Both the position numbers and the translations under genes were made by a program. Source: Desulfobacteraceae bacterium UBA2156 (GTDB lineage: Bacteria; Desulfobacterota; Desulfobacteria; Desulfobacterales; UBA2156). Taken from it: a stretch of 64,000 nucleotides of DNA. This document shows positions 54,112-63,902 of the stretch, piece after piece. The stretch covers positions 1,624-65,623 of the forward strand of contig DCWS01000077.1 of the NCBI GenBank assembly GCA_002328165.1, read 5' to 3'. The notes under the pieces were generated by a model. That model made no database searches, had not been told where the DNA came from, and worked only from the letters and a program-made list of their open reading frames with translations. The stretch's first letter is position 1, and each line of letters starts with the position of its first letter.

Positions 54112-55242
54112 GGTATCCTCCCCCTTATCTTAAATTAGAATTTTTATTCAATCACTGTTAGTTTTGTTTCCCAACCCACAAATACTAGCTTTGAAACATC
54201 TATTTCAATATTTTTTTTGCCCATAATCGACATGCACAGTAATATCACGCATGCCGACATAATTGTTTGCGGTGTCAATTGAGACTCTGGTACCAACGGA
54301 GAGGCTCCAATAATTTCCAGCAGTTTTTCAGATGTGGTGTTTTTCGAGTTGATATTCATATCGCCTGATAAACCATAGAAATATTCAAATGTAATAGGCC
54401 AGATGTGATTTTACATCCCCTAAAACAACAAAACCCCATCTCTCTATTCAAGAAACGGGGTTTTACATTCAATCCATGGCATCCTCTTCTTTAAACTGTA
54501 AGAATATCGACCATGTTTTTATGAGCTTGGTAATTTGTATATCAGGATCGACAGATAGCTTATCAAAAGAATTATAAATTGCAACATTAAATTTTAGCTA
54601 ATATTCCAATAATTAGAGGAGACTATACGCTAAAATTCAAGAACGTAGAAAGTCCTTAAAATCAGTCATCCTTTCAGGATAACGGACTCCAATCAGGCAA
54701 GGCCAGCTTTTATTTTCATTTCCTCAATATCCTTTGCTGTCAAATAGCTGACAGAAGATGACTTGAGCCTGGTTGAATCGAATCTGTTCAGGATTTCGTT
54801 CTGCAATGCCGGGGGACCCGAGCTTACCGTCGAGTTCGGATTGGAGGCTGACGTGGTCAGTGCCGTCGCTGGTGATTGTGAAACTGCTCCTTGGCAATTG
54901 CTTGCCGACCAACCTTACCCAGAGTTGAGGGTGGGGCGCGCGCGTAAGGCATGTAGCAAGCCGACAGCCCGGATTGCGGACGGGGGATAGTGGGAAAGGC
55001 AATCTGCCGTTATTCTGCCGTCTGACCGCAGCAATAAGGGGGGGGCAGGTCAGTCAGACTCAAGGTCTGACATTAATTTATTGCTACTAAATATCCAATC
55101 TGCAGCGGGACCAATCCATATATCTTTTGCGATGAGAAATCGGATTCGATTCTGTAAATAGAGGACCGCTTCAGGTCGCGTGGAATAGGGGAATCAAAAT
55201 AATTTGTATACATTTATACCCAAATCGATGAGATTTAGTCAA

Positions 55243-55286
55243 ACACGGTAGAAGTCACGAGTTCAAATCTCGTCGTGCCTACCATG
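55243..55286 (+). repeat. Partial tRNA-Val copy (3' half from anticodon loop to CCA), attR-like
   Basis: Exact 44-nt match to 52876-52919. Confidence 0.8.
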
Positions 55287-55430
55287 GATGTGAAGGGTTT
55301 GCATCGGTTAAACTTTGTAAACCCTTTTTATTTTCTGGCTACTGGCCACGTTGGCCAAGCTCCTACCAGTATAGAAAAGGGCACCCCGTCATCATTCGAT
55401 GGAACGCCCTTTTCCCCTCAGAACAATTGA

Positions 55431-55631
55431 TTAAACTACAGTAACATTTACCGCTGAAGAACCTTTTTCCCCTTGCTCTATGTCAAAGGCAACTCGGTCG
55501 CCTTCATTAAGAGATTTAAAACCGGCCGCATTGATTCCTGAATGATGGACGAATACATCATCGCCATCTTCTCGTTCAATAAAACCATAGCCTTTTCGAT
55601 CGTCGAACCATTTCACGACTCCATTTGTCAT
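55431..55631 (-). CDS. cspA: Cold-shock protein (CspA family)
   Basis: 66 aa. [15 protein letters not shown]...DVFVHHS (RNP1/RNP2). Confidence 0.9.
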   Translation of the reverse strand: MTNGVVKWFDDRKGYGFIEREDGDDVFVHHSGINAAGFKSLNEGDRVAFDIEQGEKGSSAVNVTVV

Positions 55632-55815
55632 TTGGGCATCCTCCTTTTAAAAAAAATTCATGGTTCCATACTTCAGGTTACCACTCTTGACAAATGAGTT
55701 CTCCCTTTAGAACGAAACCGACCTGTCCACTAAACAGGCTTTCTTGATTACCTCCGATAATAAACTATTTTTTGGAGAAATCAAGTCATTAAAAAATTAA
55801 ATGAAAATTCTGAAT

Positions 55816-56877
55816 TCAAGGCATCCTGTAAACCATTGAATTAATGTTCATACCGGCTCCAACAGAGGCAAAGACCACGACATCCTCTGAACGCAATTTA
55901 TGATTTTTCAGCTTTCCTCTTTGAATTAGGTCCAACAGCGTCGGTAGGGTCGCAACCGAACTGTTGCCCAGCCATGAAATTGTCATTGGCATGATGTGTT
56001 CAGGGATTTTTTTTATGTTGTACAACTTAAACAATCTTTCTAAAATTGCATTATCCATCTTTTCATTGGCCTGGTGGATCAGTACCTTCTTTACATCGGT
56101 TAAAGAAAACCCCGCTGTATCAAGGCTTTGTTTTACCGTTTTCGGAACCATCCTGACAGAATACTTATATATCTCGTGACCATGCATTTTGATAAACAGT
56201 TCATTGCCCCCATGATTTGAGTTATATGATTTACCAATCCATAACAAATAAGCGGATTCAAAAGTATCAGATCTTGTAGTATGTGACAGAATGCCGGCAT
56301 CCTCTTCTGTTGCTTCCAACACGGCCGCTCCGGCTCCGTCCGAATATATCATGCTGTCCACATCGTGGGGATCTGTGACCCGGGAAAGTGTTTCGGCCCC
56401 AATTACAAGAACCCGCTTTGCTCCACCCGATCTGATATGAAGGTTCGCCAGACCCATCCCATGAAGCCATCCCGGACAGCCAAAGGGGATATCATAAGCA
56501 ACGGTATAGGGATTTTTTATTCTCAATTTGTGTTTCACACGGGCGGCGATGGTTGGAATCATATCAGATCTTATGTTATCGGGTTCCACATCACCTAAAT
56601 TCTGGGCGACAATTATATAATCAAGGCTTTCCCGATCTATACCTTCCAATGCCGATTTTGCTGATTCATATGCTATATCAGATGTGTTCAAACTATCGAT
56701 TACATATCTCCGTTCGTTGATACATGTGATTTCCTTGAACTTTTTAATGATATCACTATTTGACCTTTCAAGTTTTTTTCCGTTCTCATCGTAAAAATCA
56801 TTATTCAAAAAATGTCGGTTGGGTACCTTTAAGGTCGGTATATAGCTGCCGGTACCGGTTATAATAGAATTTGTCAT
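55816..56877 (-). CDS. 3-oxoacyl-ACP synthase III-like (KAS III/FabH family)
   Basis: 353 aa. Cys in IPFGCPGW, His in LIHQAN, Asn in LGNSSVAT. Confidence 0.8.
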   Translation of the reverse strand: MTNSIITGTGSYIPTLKVPNRHFLNNDFYDENGKKLERSNSDIIKKFKEITCINERRYVIDSLNTSDIAYESAKSALEGIDRESLDYIIVAQNLGDVEPDNIRSDMIPTIAARVKHKLRIKNPYTVAYDIPFGCPGWLHGMGLANLHIRSGGAKRVLVIGAETLSRVTDPHDVDSMIYSDGAGAAVLEATEEDAGILSHTTRSDTFESAYLLWIGKSYNSNHGGNELFIKMHGHEIYKYSVRMVPKTVKQSLDTAGFSLTDVKKVLIHQANEKMDNAILERLFKLYNIKKIPEHIMPMTISWLGNSSVATLPTLLDLIQRGKLKNHKLRSEDVVVFASVGAGMNINSMVYRMP

Positions 56878-56943
56878 GTTTAAATCACCTTAATCTTCAT
56901 CTTCCTAAACGTATGGCTATCATTGGTTTTAATATCCGGTTTT

Positions 56944-58200
56944 TCAGGACATGGGGAGTATTTTCCCTTTCGGGTCAAATTCCATGGGAATCGGATTTTG
57001 ATCAATTATGATTTCAGGTTTTGCTTCAAGCTCCGGCAACAGGGCTTTGGTTATCCAAAGGTTTTCCAACTTTAAAGTATTCTTAATTCTGGCCATGCGA
57101 ACCCGGCTTGGATCGCGGACCCTGGATAGGGCCATTAAAACAGTTGTTTCATCATTTTCCAGGGCGATCGGCATACGGGCGCTGGCCCATATTCCGGTTG
57201 TCAATGCATTGGTACATGTGGTGTTGAGATCGATTTTATTAACGACACGACGTGTGGTTAAATCAGCCATTCCGATTCCCAATGCATTGCCCTGGGATTT
57301 TTCGGTTATATCGAGCACAACCAGGGTACGGTAATCAGGGATTCGCTCTCCACCGTCCCTTCGCCAGGATCCGATAACATTGGTATCCATGCCGGTGCCA
57401 CTGATATTTTTGCCCATTTCATCCACAATCAAAATATCCAGATCGTCCAATGGAATCCGCGGCAGCAATTGGCATGCATGGGTCAGCAATCTTCGGTCAG
57501 TCTCCACAAACTCTGCAGGCAGCGCCAAGCACGCGGTTTGAATTTGTTCTAGGGAATTTTCGACCAGGGCCAGACCGCCCAACACTGGAGCCTGTTGAAG
57601 TATCATCTCGGCAGCCGGTACGATGCTTGCCCCAAGACCGAATTTATGAATATTTTTGGCGCCCTCATGTTTACCGGATCCAACCGCCAGCATTTTGCAC
57701 AGGCCCGATTCAACATCGGAATGAAAGGCGGTATGGGGCTTGACCCGGTTGACGACAACAAGGTGATCAACCGCCATGGCATCCTTTGAAAAGTGCGCGC
57801 TGGCACCGGAAGTTAGATTGCCGAGTGAAACCACATCCATACTGGAAATGATCGGCGACTTTACCGAGGTTTCGGTTACCCCAAGGCCTTTCAATATTTT
57901 GATCTGTCCCGCTGCGGTCGCCCCGCCGTGGGCCCCCATGGCAGGGATAATACAGGGTTTCAACCCCAAATTCTTAAGACAGGCCACCACCGTAGCGATA
58001 ACATCGGTCAACCTGTCGATCCCGCGTGACCCCACAGTGATCCCTGCCAGTTGTCCGGGTTTTACTCGGCGCTTTAGGTTTATCCGTTGAAATTCTTCTC
58101 GGATGGCGGTTTCTATGTCCGTAATGGATGTCTTGTCAAACTTCTGGTGGACACGATACATTGACGGACAGGGATTTTTCGTGAATTTCGATCCCATCAT
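56944..58200 (-). CDS. Conserved protein of uncertain function (possibly LarA-N/DUF2088-like)
   Basis: 418 aa. GITVGSRGI...PAMGAHGGATAAGQ...NRVKPHT.F...ESGL.KM...GSGKHEGA. Family assignment is from memory only. Confidence 0.4.
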   Translation of the reverse strand: MMGSKFTKNPCPSMYRVHQKFDKTSITDIETAIREEFQRINLKRRVKPGQLAGITVGSRGIDRLTDVIATVVACLKNLGLKPCIIPAMGAHGGATAAGQIKILKGLGVTETSVKSPIISSMDVVSLGNLTSGASAHFSKDAMAVDHLVVVNRVKPHTAFHSDVESGLCKMLAVGSGKHEGAKNIHKFGLGASIVPAAEMILQQAPVLGGLALVENSLEQIQTACLALPAEFVETDRRLLTHACQLLPRIPLDDLDILIVDEMGKNISGTGMDTNVIGSWRRDGGERIPDYRTLVVLDITEKSQGNALGIGMADLTTRRVVNKIDLNTTCTNALTTGIWASARMPIALENDETTVLMALSRVRDPSRVRMARIKNTLKLENLWITKALLPELEAKPEIIIDQNPIPMEFDPKGKILPMS

Positions 58201-58484
58201 TTAATATTTTTCCTCTCGGTGCAAGATAAAAATCAAAGAACGAGTCTGTAATATATCTTCATACGCTAAAATTCTAAAATCATTGTCCTGCTTCAAAGTC
58301 AACCCTTTGGGTTTTCATCACCAAACTCTTCTTGCACCATAGGGGCCTTGTTTGATATAATTATATTTACATTGAGTTTGAGTGTCGCTACCTATCAGGG
58401 GCAGAAAAAATGGCGCACAATTTAGATCTCATAGAAAGAAGAGACCCAAATGAAAACCGATTTTTTAATGTAGGATAAGTTCAG

Positions 58485-59447
58485 ATGGATAGTCAGACAC
58501 CCAGAAACCTGGGACCTGAGCGGTCCATGACCGCCCCTCGATACATGGAAATTCCCACATTTATGCGATCGTCGCTCATCACCGATCTGGATGCATTTGA
58601 CATCGCCATGGTCGGCATACCCTATGACGGAGCGGTGACAAATCGACCAGGTGCACGGCATGGCCCGCGCGAGATCCGCAATGCATCCACCATGATGCGA
58701 TCTATTCACCCCGTGACCCGGATCAACCCTTACCGGCTTTGTCGAGTAGGCGATGCAGGCGATGTCCCTTTCACCAGGGCTTATGAGGTGGAAGAGACGC
58801 TTAACGACATTACCCGTTTTTTCACACAACTTTACGAAGCCGATGTCGTGCCGTTGGCCGCTGGAGGCGATCACTCCGTTACCTTGGCGATTTTAAGGGC
58901 GATGATTGTTGATGGCCCTATCGGTATGGTTCATATCGACGCGCATACCGATACCTGGGATGAATTCATGGGGTGCAAATTCATGCATGGCACACCATTT
59001 CGCCGGGCGGTGGAGAAGAATCTGATCGACCCGGGGCGCACCGTGCAGATCGGCATTCGTGGCGCGCAGAACAAAACAGAAGGGTGGGATTACTCCCTCG
59101 ACAGCGGTATGCGCGTCATTTTCATGGACGAGTTTACGAAAATCGGTGTGGCTGCGGTGATCGACGAAATCCATCGGGTCATAGGTGATGGTCGGGCATA
59201 TATTTCTTTTGATATAGACGTTCTGGACCCCGCTTTTGCCCCCGGCACCGGCACGCCGGAGGTCGGCGGTCTCACCACCATTGAGGCCCTAACCCTGCTG
59301 CGGGGCTTGAATCCATTGAACTTGATCGGGGCCGATGTAGTGGAGGTTTCACCTCCCTATGATCCAAGCGGGAACACCGCTCTGGTTGGTGCCACGATCA
59401 TGTATGAACTTCTCTGCCTTCTGGCAGAAGCAGTTTCCCGTGGTTGA
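58485..59447 (+). CDS. speB: Agmatinase/ureohydrolase (arginase family)
   Basis: GIPYDG..TNRPGAR.GP, GGDHSVT, HIDAHTD, SFDIDVLDPAFAPGTGTPE.GG. The true start may be ATG 58527. Confidence 0.8.
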   Translation: MDSQTPRNLGPERSMTAPRYMEIPTFMRSSLITDLDAFDIAMVGIPYDGAVTNRPGARHGPREIRNASTMMRSIHPVTRINPYRLCRVGDAGDVPFTRAYEVEETLNDITRFFTQLYEADVVPLAAGGDHSVTLAILRAMIVDGPIGMVHIDAHTDTWDEFMGCKFMHGTPFRRAVEKNLIDPGRTVQIGIRGAQNKTEGWDYSLDSGMRVIFMDEFTKIGVAAVIDEIHRVIGDGRAYISFDIDVLDPAFAPGTGTPEVGGLTTIEALTLLRGLNPLNLIGADVVEVSPPYDPSGNTALVGATIMYELLCLLAEAVSRG

Positions 59448-59720
59448 CCCTGCCGATTTTTCAAGATACCCTAACTCGAATAAACCGGAAACAAAAAAAT
59501 CTCTCGCGCACAATGAACGCCAAGAATTTTTTCTCTTTTTCCTTTACGGCTTTGCGCGAGAAAAATAAAATTTAGAAATATTTTGCCACAAAAGACACAA
59601 ATTCCAGAACCAAGAAACAATTGCTACCAATAAAAAATGGCCAATGCCTCGACAGCCGATCCTTAAAGATGGCCCAAATCAGTAGGAGGCGTGAAACTTG
59701 AGTTATAGCTTACAGATGGT

Positions 59721-61037
59721 ATGAAACTTCACCTAGTCAGCCTCGGCTGTTCAAAAAATCTCGTTGACAGTGAAATAATGCTGGGCCGTCTCAAGAGGGT
59801 TGGATGGCAAACAACCCCGGATCCCGCAAAAGCGGATATGATCATTGTAAACACTTGCAGCTTTATAAAGACCGCCGTCAATGAATCGATCGATATGATT
59901 CTCGAACTGGTAAACTTTAAAAAGACCGGTGCCTGCCGACGGCTGGTCGTTACCGGATGCCTTCCTGAACGTTTCCGAGAGGATATCGTCCAAAGTCTCC
60001 CGGAGGTCGATCTCTTCCTCGGTACCGGAGGCTATGATAAAATTGAGTCGATTCTAAAACCTTCCCGGGATATTTCGGGCTGCATCTTACCGGACCCTGA
60101 TTTAATCTTCCCCCAGGGTAAAGATGACCCAAGGGTGCGCAGCACGCCCCATATAGCCTATCTTAAAATAGCGGAAGGCTGCAACAGACGTTGCACCTAT
60201 TGTATTATTCCAAAACTGAGGGGAAAACAAAAAAGCCGATCCTTGGAAGATATTGTTCCAGAAGCACGCTCATTGATTTCATCGGGCGTAAAGGAACTGA
60301 TACTGGTGGCCCAGGAAACGACCGCATACGGATCAGACCTTTCCCCGACGGTCGATTTCGCAGAGCTGCTCAAACAGATTTCTGATCACTCCGATAAAAT
60401 ATGGATGAGAGCCCTTTACGGTCATCCTGAAAGTTTGAGCGAATCTGCCATCGAAACCATTGCAGAACGCCGGAATATATGCTCTTATTTTGACATACCA
60501 ATCCAGCATGTGAGCAACCGGGTATTGAAACAGATGGGCAGAAACTACTCGTGTAATACCCTGTATCGATTGTTTGACAAAATCCGATCCTCCGATCCCG
60601 AGGCGGCGTTGCGGACAACCCTTTTGGTCGGTTTTCCAGGCGAAACAGACAAAGACTTTGAAGCGCTTTTAACCTTTGTCCAGACGATCTGTTTTCAGCA
60701 CCTCGGTGTTTTTATCTACTCCGATATGGACGATCTTCCCTCCTACGGCCTCTCCGCCCCTGTCCCGGAAACGGTTGCAAAAGAACGGTATGAGCAGGTA
60801 ATGGCCGTTCAGGCCGGAATATCTTTAAAAAACAACCAAAAACAGATCGGCAGGACATACCAAACCCTGGTGGAGGGCAGGCAAGATGATAATACCTTTT
60901 CAGGACGAACACAATTTCAGGCACCGGAAATAGACGGGGTGACATACATTCATTCCAGCCGGTTGCTGGTCGGCTCTTTTACAACTGTAAGGATTATTGG
61001 CGCACTTGAATATGATCTCATTGGAGAAACGGTATGA
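59721..61037 (+). CDS. rimO: Ribosomal protein S12 methylthiotransferase
   Basis: 438 aa. UPF0004 N-domain (LGCSKNLVDSE), radical-SAM CNRRCTYC, and a C-terminal TRAM domain. Confidence 0.85.
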   Translation: MKLHLVSLGCSKNLVDSEIMLGRLKRVGWQTTPDPAKADMIIVNTCSFIKTAVNESIDMILELVNFKKTGACRRLVVTGCLPERFREDIVQSLPEVDLFLGTGGYDKIESILKPSRDISGCILPDPDLIFPQGKDDPRVRSTPHIAYLKIAEGCNRRCTYCIIPKLRGKQKSRSLEDIVPEARSLISSGVKELILVAQETTAYGSDLSPTVDFAELLKQISDHSDKIWMRALYGHPESLSESAIETIAERRNICSYFDIPIQHVSNRVLKQMGRNYSCNTLYRLFDKIRSSDPEAALRTTLLVGFPGETDKDFEALLTFVQTICFQHLGVFIYSDMDDLPSYGLSAPVPETVAKERYEQVMAVQAGISLKNNQKQIGRTYQTLVEGRQDDNTFSGRTQFQAPEIDGVTYIHSSRLLVGSFTTVRIIGALEYDLIGETV

Positions 61038-62014
61038 GTGATCTGAAACAAAAGATTCTTACAATGGTAAAGGATGACCTGGCAGAAATCGAAACGGCAC
61101 TTACCCAAAATCTGAACCCGTATCTCGATCTGGTTTCCCAGACCGCAAAACACATACTCTTCAGCGGCGGAAAACGGTTGAGACCCCTGCTGATGGTCAT
61201 TTCTGCAAAAATTTGCGGTTATCATGAACCTGCTGCTAAAACGTTTTCAATTATTTTCGAATATCTCCATGCCGCCACTCTCTTGCATGACGATCTGGTG
61301 GATGAGGCGACCCTGCGGAGGGGCAAACCTGTGGCTCATTCTATATGGGGAAATTCGACTGCTGTTCTGGTTGGAGACTTTCTCCTCGCACGGTCCCTTA
61401 TCATTGCCGCTGAGACAGAAAATCCGAAGGTCATTAAGATCATAGCGAAAATTACAGAAAACATGTCTCAGGGTGAGATACATCAGTTATTAAATAAAGG
61501 AGATTTTAACCTGTCTGAATCCGAGTACATGGAAATTATCCGGCGAAAGACCGCTGTCCTGATCCAAGGCGCATGCCGGGTGGGCGCCATTATCGCAAAG
61601 GCTGATGAAGAACGGGAAATAGCCCTTTCCAGATACGGACTCAATCTTGGCATAGCGTTTCAGATGGTGGACGACCTGCTCGATTATACATCAGATACTT
61701 CTGTCATCGGAAAAACAATCGGTGCGGATCTCAGAGAGGGCAAACTGACACTTCCGGTCATATATTCCCTGAAGGCAGCGAGCACAAAGGATCGAACCCA
61801 AATGGAAAATATCATAAAAAGCAAAAATTTTTCTGTTCATGGTTTTGAAAAATTGATAGGATTGTTAAAAAAATACAAAGGGATTGCCTATACCCAACAA
61901 TTTGCCGAAGCACACATTCGCCAAGCAAAGGAAGCCATCTCGCTCTTTGGGCCGACAGAACATAGGCAGCTTCTTGAAAATATTGCCGATTATGCAATTA
62001 CGAGAAAACTTTAG
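61034..62014 (+). CDS. Long-chain polyprenyl-diphosphate synthase (IspB-like)
   Basis: 326 aa. LLHDDLVDE (first DDxxD) and FQMVDDLLD (second DDxxD). ATGA overlap with rimO. Confidence 0.85.
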   Translation: MSDLKQKILTMVKDDLAEIETALTQNLNPYLDLVSQTAKHILFSGGKRLRPLLMVISAKICGYHEPAAKTFSIIFEYLHAATLLHDDLVDEATLRRGKPVAHSIWGNSTAVLVGDFLLARSLIIAAETENPKVIKIIAKITENMSQGEIHQLLNKGDFNLSESEYMEIIRRKTAVLIQGACRVGAIIAKADEEREIALSRYGLNLGIAFQMVDDLLDYTSDTSVIGKTIGADLREGKLTLPVIYSLKAASTKDRTQMENIIKSKNFSVHGFEKLIGLLKKYKGIAYTQQFAEAHIRQAKEAISLFGPTEHRQLLENIADYAITRKL

Positions 62015-62042
62015 AAAAATCGTAAGCCGATCATCTGCCATG

Positions 62043-63287
62043 CGGGTGGGAACAACCGATCCACAGGTAAAAAGAAAGCGCCCCAGCACCGCGACCGGCA
62101 TAATCGATGGTGTTCTATTTTCAGTCGGTCTCCTTTTGATGGTTGTGACCCTTTCAAATCCTGCCCGATCTGAAAAAACGCCTCTTATAAAACGAGTGGA
62201 GGTGATGGGAAGCGGAGCCATTTACAAACAGGATATCGCATCCGCAAGGAGCCGGGCGATCGCAAACAGCCTGGCGACAGCGGTTGACCTGGTGGCCATC
62301 GAGCTGATCACCCTCGAAACACTGATCAGTGAATTTAAGGGCGTTAACGATATTCTCTATAATCATACCAGTGAATTTATTCAGGATTATAAAGTGCTCA
62401 CCGAGTATCTTTCCGGAAAGATTTACAAAGTAATGGTGCAGGCCACCGTTTCAGTCAACAAAGTGGAAGCGGCACTAACCACCGCAGGTGTCGAAACCGG
62501 CAATAAAGAACTGCCGAAAATTTTGTTTTTAATTGCAGAACAAAACCTTGAAGACATCTTACCCAAATACTGGTGGGGTGAAGATCTCTCTTTTTCAAAG
62601 GGGGTAGCGGAAACCGCCTTAACCGATGCCATGGAAGCCAAAGGCTTTGTAATCCTTGATCGTCAGGACGATTTCACTAGTATGGGGGATGAGGAAATTC
62701 TCGGCAAACCAACGCTAACCGACACGGAAGCTGTCCTCCTTGGGATTAGGTTTGAGGCTGATGTAGTAATTGTCGGCAAGTCGACGGCCCATCGTATACC
62801 CAATACAATGGGGGGTACCATCAAGTCGTTCGATGGAAGTGTTGCCCTCCGGGCCATAAGGACAGACACCAGTGACAAGATCGCATCCACAACTGAAAAC
62901 TATGTCACGACAAATACAGATGAAGCCAAAGGGGGGAAGGAAGCGATTGCAGGTGCCGGATCCCTTGCCGGTGCCGAGCTCGCTTTACAAATCGCTGCGG
63001 GTTGGAAAAAAGCGGTTCAGAAACCTGTTGAGGTCGAAATTGTAGTAAAAGGTACCAGGAACCTCGGAAATTTTGTCAATTTCCGAAGAGCGCTTAAGAA
63101 TATCCCCGATGTAAAGGGAATACAGTTAAAAGAGATGCAATCAAATGAAGCGGTGATCGTTGTAGATTACGTGGGAAACGCCAAGAAACTTGCCGAGGCA
63201 TTGATGTTGAAAACCTTTGAATCGTTCGGCATCAGCATCACCGAGGTGCTGGAGCAGCGCTTAAGTGTCGAGCTGACACAAGGATAG
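62043..63287 (+). CDS. Membrane-anchored periplasmic protein of unknown function
   Basis: ATG 62043 is chosen because the longer ORF overlaps the preceding gene. One N-terminal helix (GVLFSVGLLLMVV). No confident family. Confidence 0.35.
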   Translation, partial: RVGTTDPQVKRKRPSTATGIIDGVLFSVGLLLMVVTLSNPARSEKTPLIKRVEVMGSGAIYKQDIASARSRAIANSLATAVDLVAIELITLETLISEFKGVNDILYNHTSEFIQDYKVLTEYLSGKIYKVMVQATVSVNKVEAALTTAGVETGNKELPKILFLIAEQNLEDILPKYWWGEDLSFSKGVAETALTDAMEAKGFVILDRQDDFTSMGDEEILGKPTLTDTEAVLLGIRFEADVVIVGKSTAHRIPNTMGGTIKSFDGSVALRAIRTDTSDKIASTTENYVTTNTDEAKGGKEAIAGAGSLAGAELALQIAAGWKKAVQKPVEVEIVVKGTRNLGNFVNFRRALKNIPDVKGIQLKEMQSNEAVIVVDYVGNAKKLAEALMLKTFESFGISITEVLEQRLSVELTQG

Positions 63288-63342
63288 GCCTTACCGGCCA
63301 TTTAGCCCCATATCATTTAAACATAGGGCACGTACCGAGAAA

Positions 63343-63902
63343 TTGTCGATTAATATCCCAAATATCCTGACGGTCCTCCGGATACACATTGCGCCGTTGT
63401 TTGTTATTTTCTCCTTAACGGAATGGCTCAACTTGCTCTATTGGCGTTCGAGCTTGCCGGCATCAGTGATGGGCTGGATGGTCTGATTGCCAGATACTTT
63501 GACCAGCGGACAACATTGGGGTCTTATCTGGATCCGATCGCAGATAAGCTGCTGTGAACATCTGCGTTTGTGAGCCTGGCAGTTTTCAAATTCATTCCCG
63601 GCTGGCTTGCGGTTATCGTTATCAGCCGTGATGTGGTGATCATGGTCGGTTTCGCTATTTTTTCTATCAACAATATTGTCGTGAAAAGAAAGCCGAGTCT
63701 GGTCAGCAAATGCACCACAGTGATCCAGTTGGTGACCGCCCTCCTGGTTTTACTTAATCCAAAGATAATTGGTGCATTTTATATGAAATGGCCCCTGTTT
63801 TGGTCTGTTGCTGTTTTGACGATTCTGTCAGGTTTGCACTACATGTACATCTGTCTGAATATCTTCCAGGAAGATGCAAAAAATAATCAGGGGAGAAAAT
63901 AA
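63343..63902 (+). pseudogene. pgsA: CDP-alcohol phosphatidyltransferase (pgsA-like) interrupted by a frameshift (~63415-63430) and an in-frame TGA (63555-63557)
   Basis: NIPNILTVLRI..PLFVI (frame 1), then AGISDGLDGLIARYFDQRTTLGSYLDPIADKLL-stop-TSAFVSLAVFKFIPGWLAVIVISRDV (frame 2). The D-G-x2-A-R...D-x3-D motif is intact. Confidence 0.6.

Larger units (their letters stand above)
52876..55286. mobile_element. Degraded integrated element at tRNA-Val, bounded by a 44-nt direct repeat of the tRNA 3' half
   Basis: Identical 44-mer acacggtagaagtcacgagttcaaatctcgtcgtgcctaccatg at 52876-52919 and 55243-55286. A truncated integrase lies next to the tRNA. A similar terminator hairpin follows both repeats. 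Confidence 0.65.

Noticed and set aside
54625-54638. 14-nt identity (atacgctaaaattc) between 54625-54638 and 58261-58274
   Set aside because: By a rough 4^-14 estimate, a 14-mer match is expected by chance several times in 64 kb on two strands. The flanks do not align.
63555-63557. In-frame TGA in the pgsA-like gene as selenocysteine or recoding
   Set aside because: The position aligns with a hydrophobic residue in this family. No SECIS-like context was recognised, the gene also carries a separate frameshift, and TGA is used as a normal stop elsewhere in the window.
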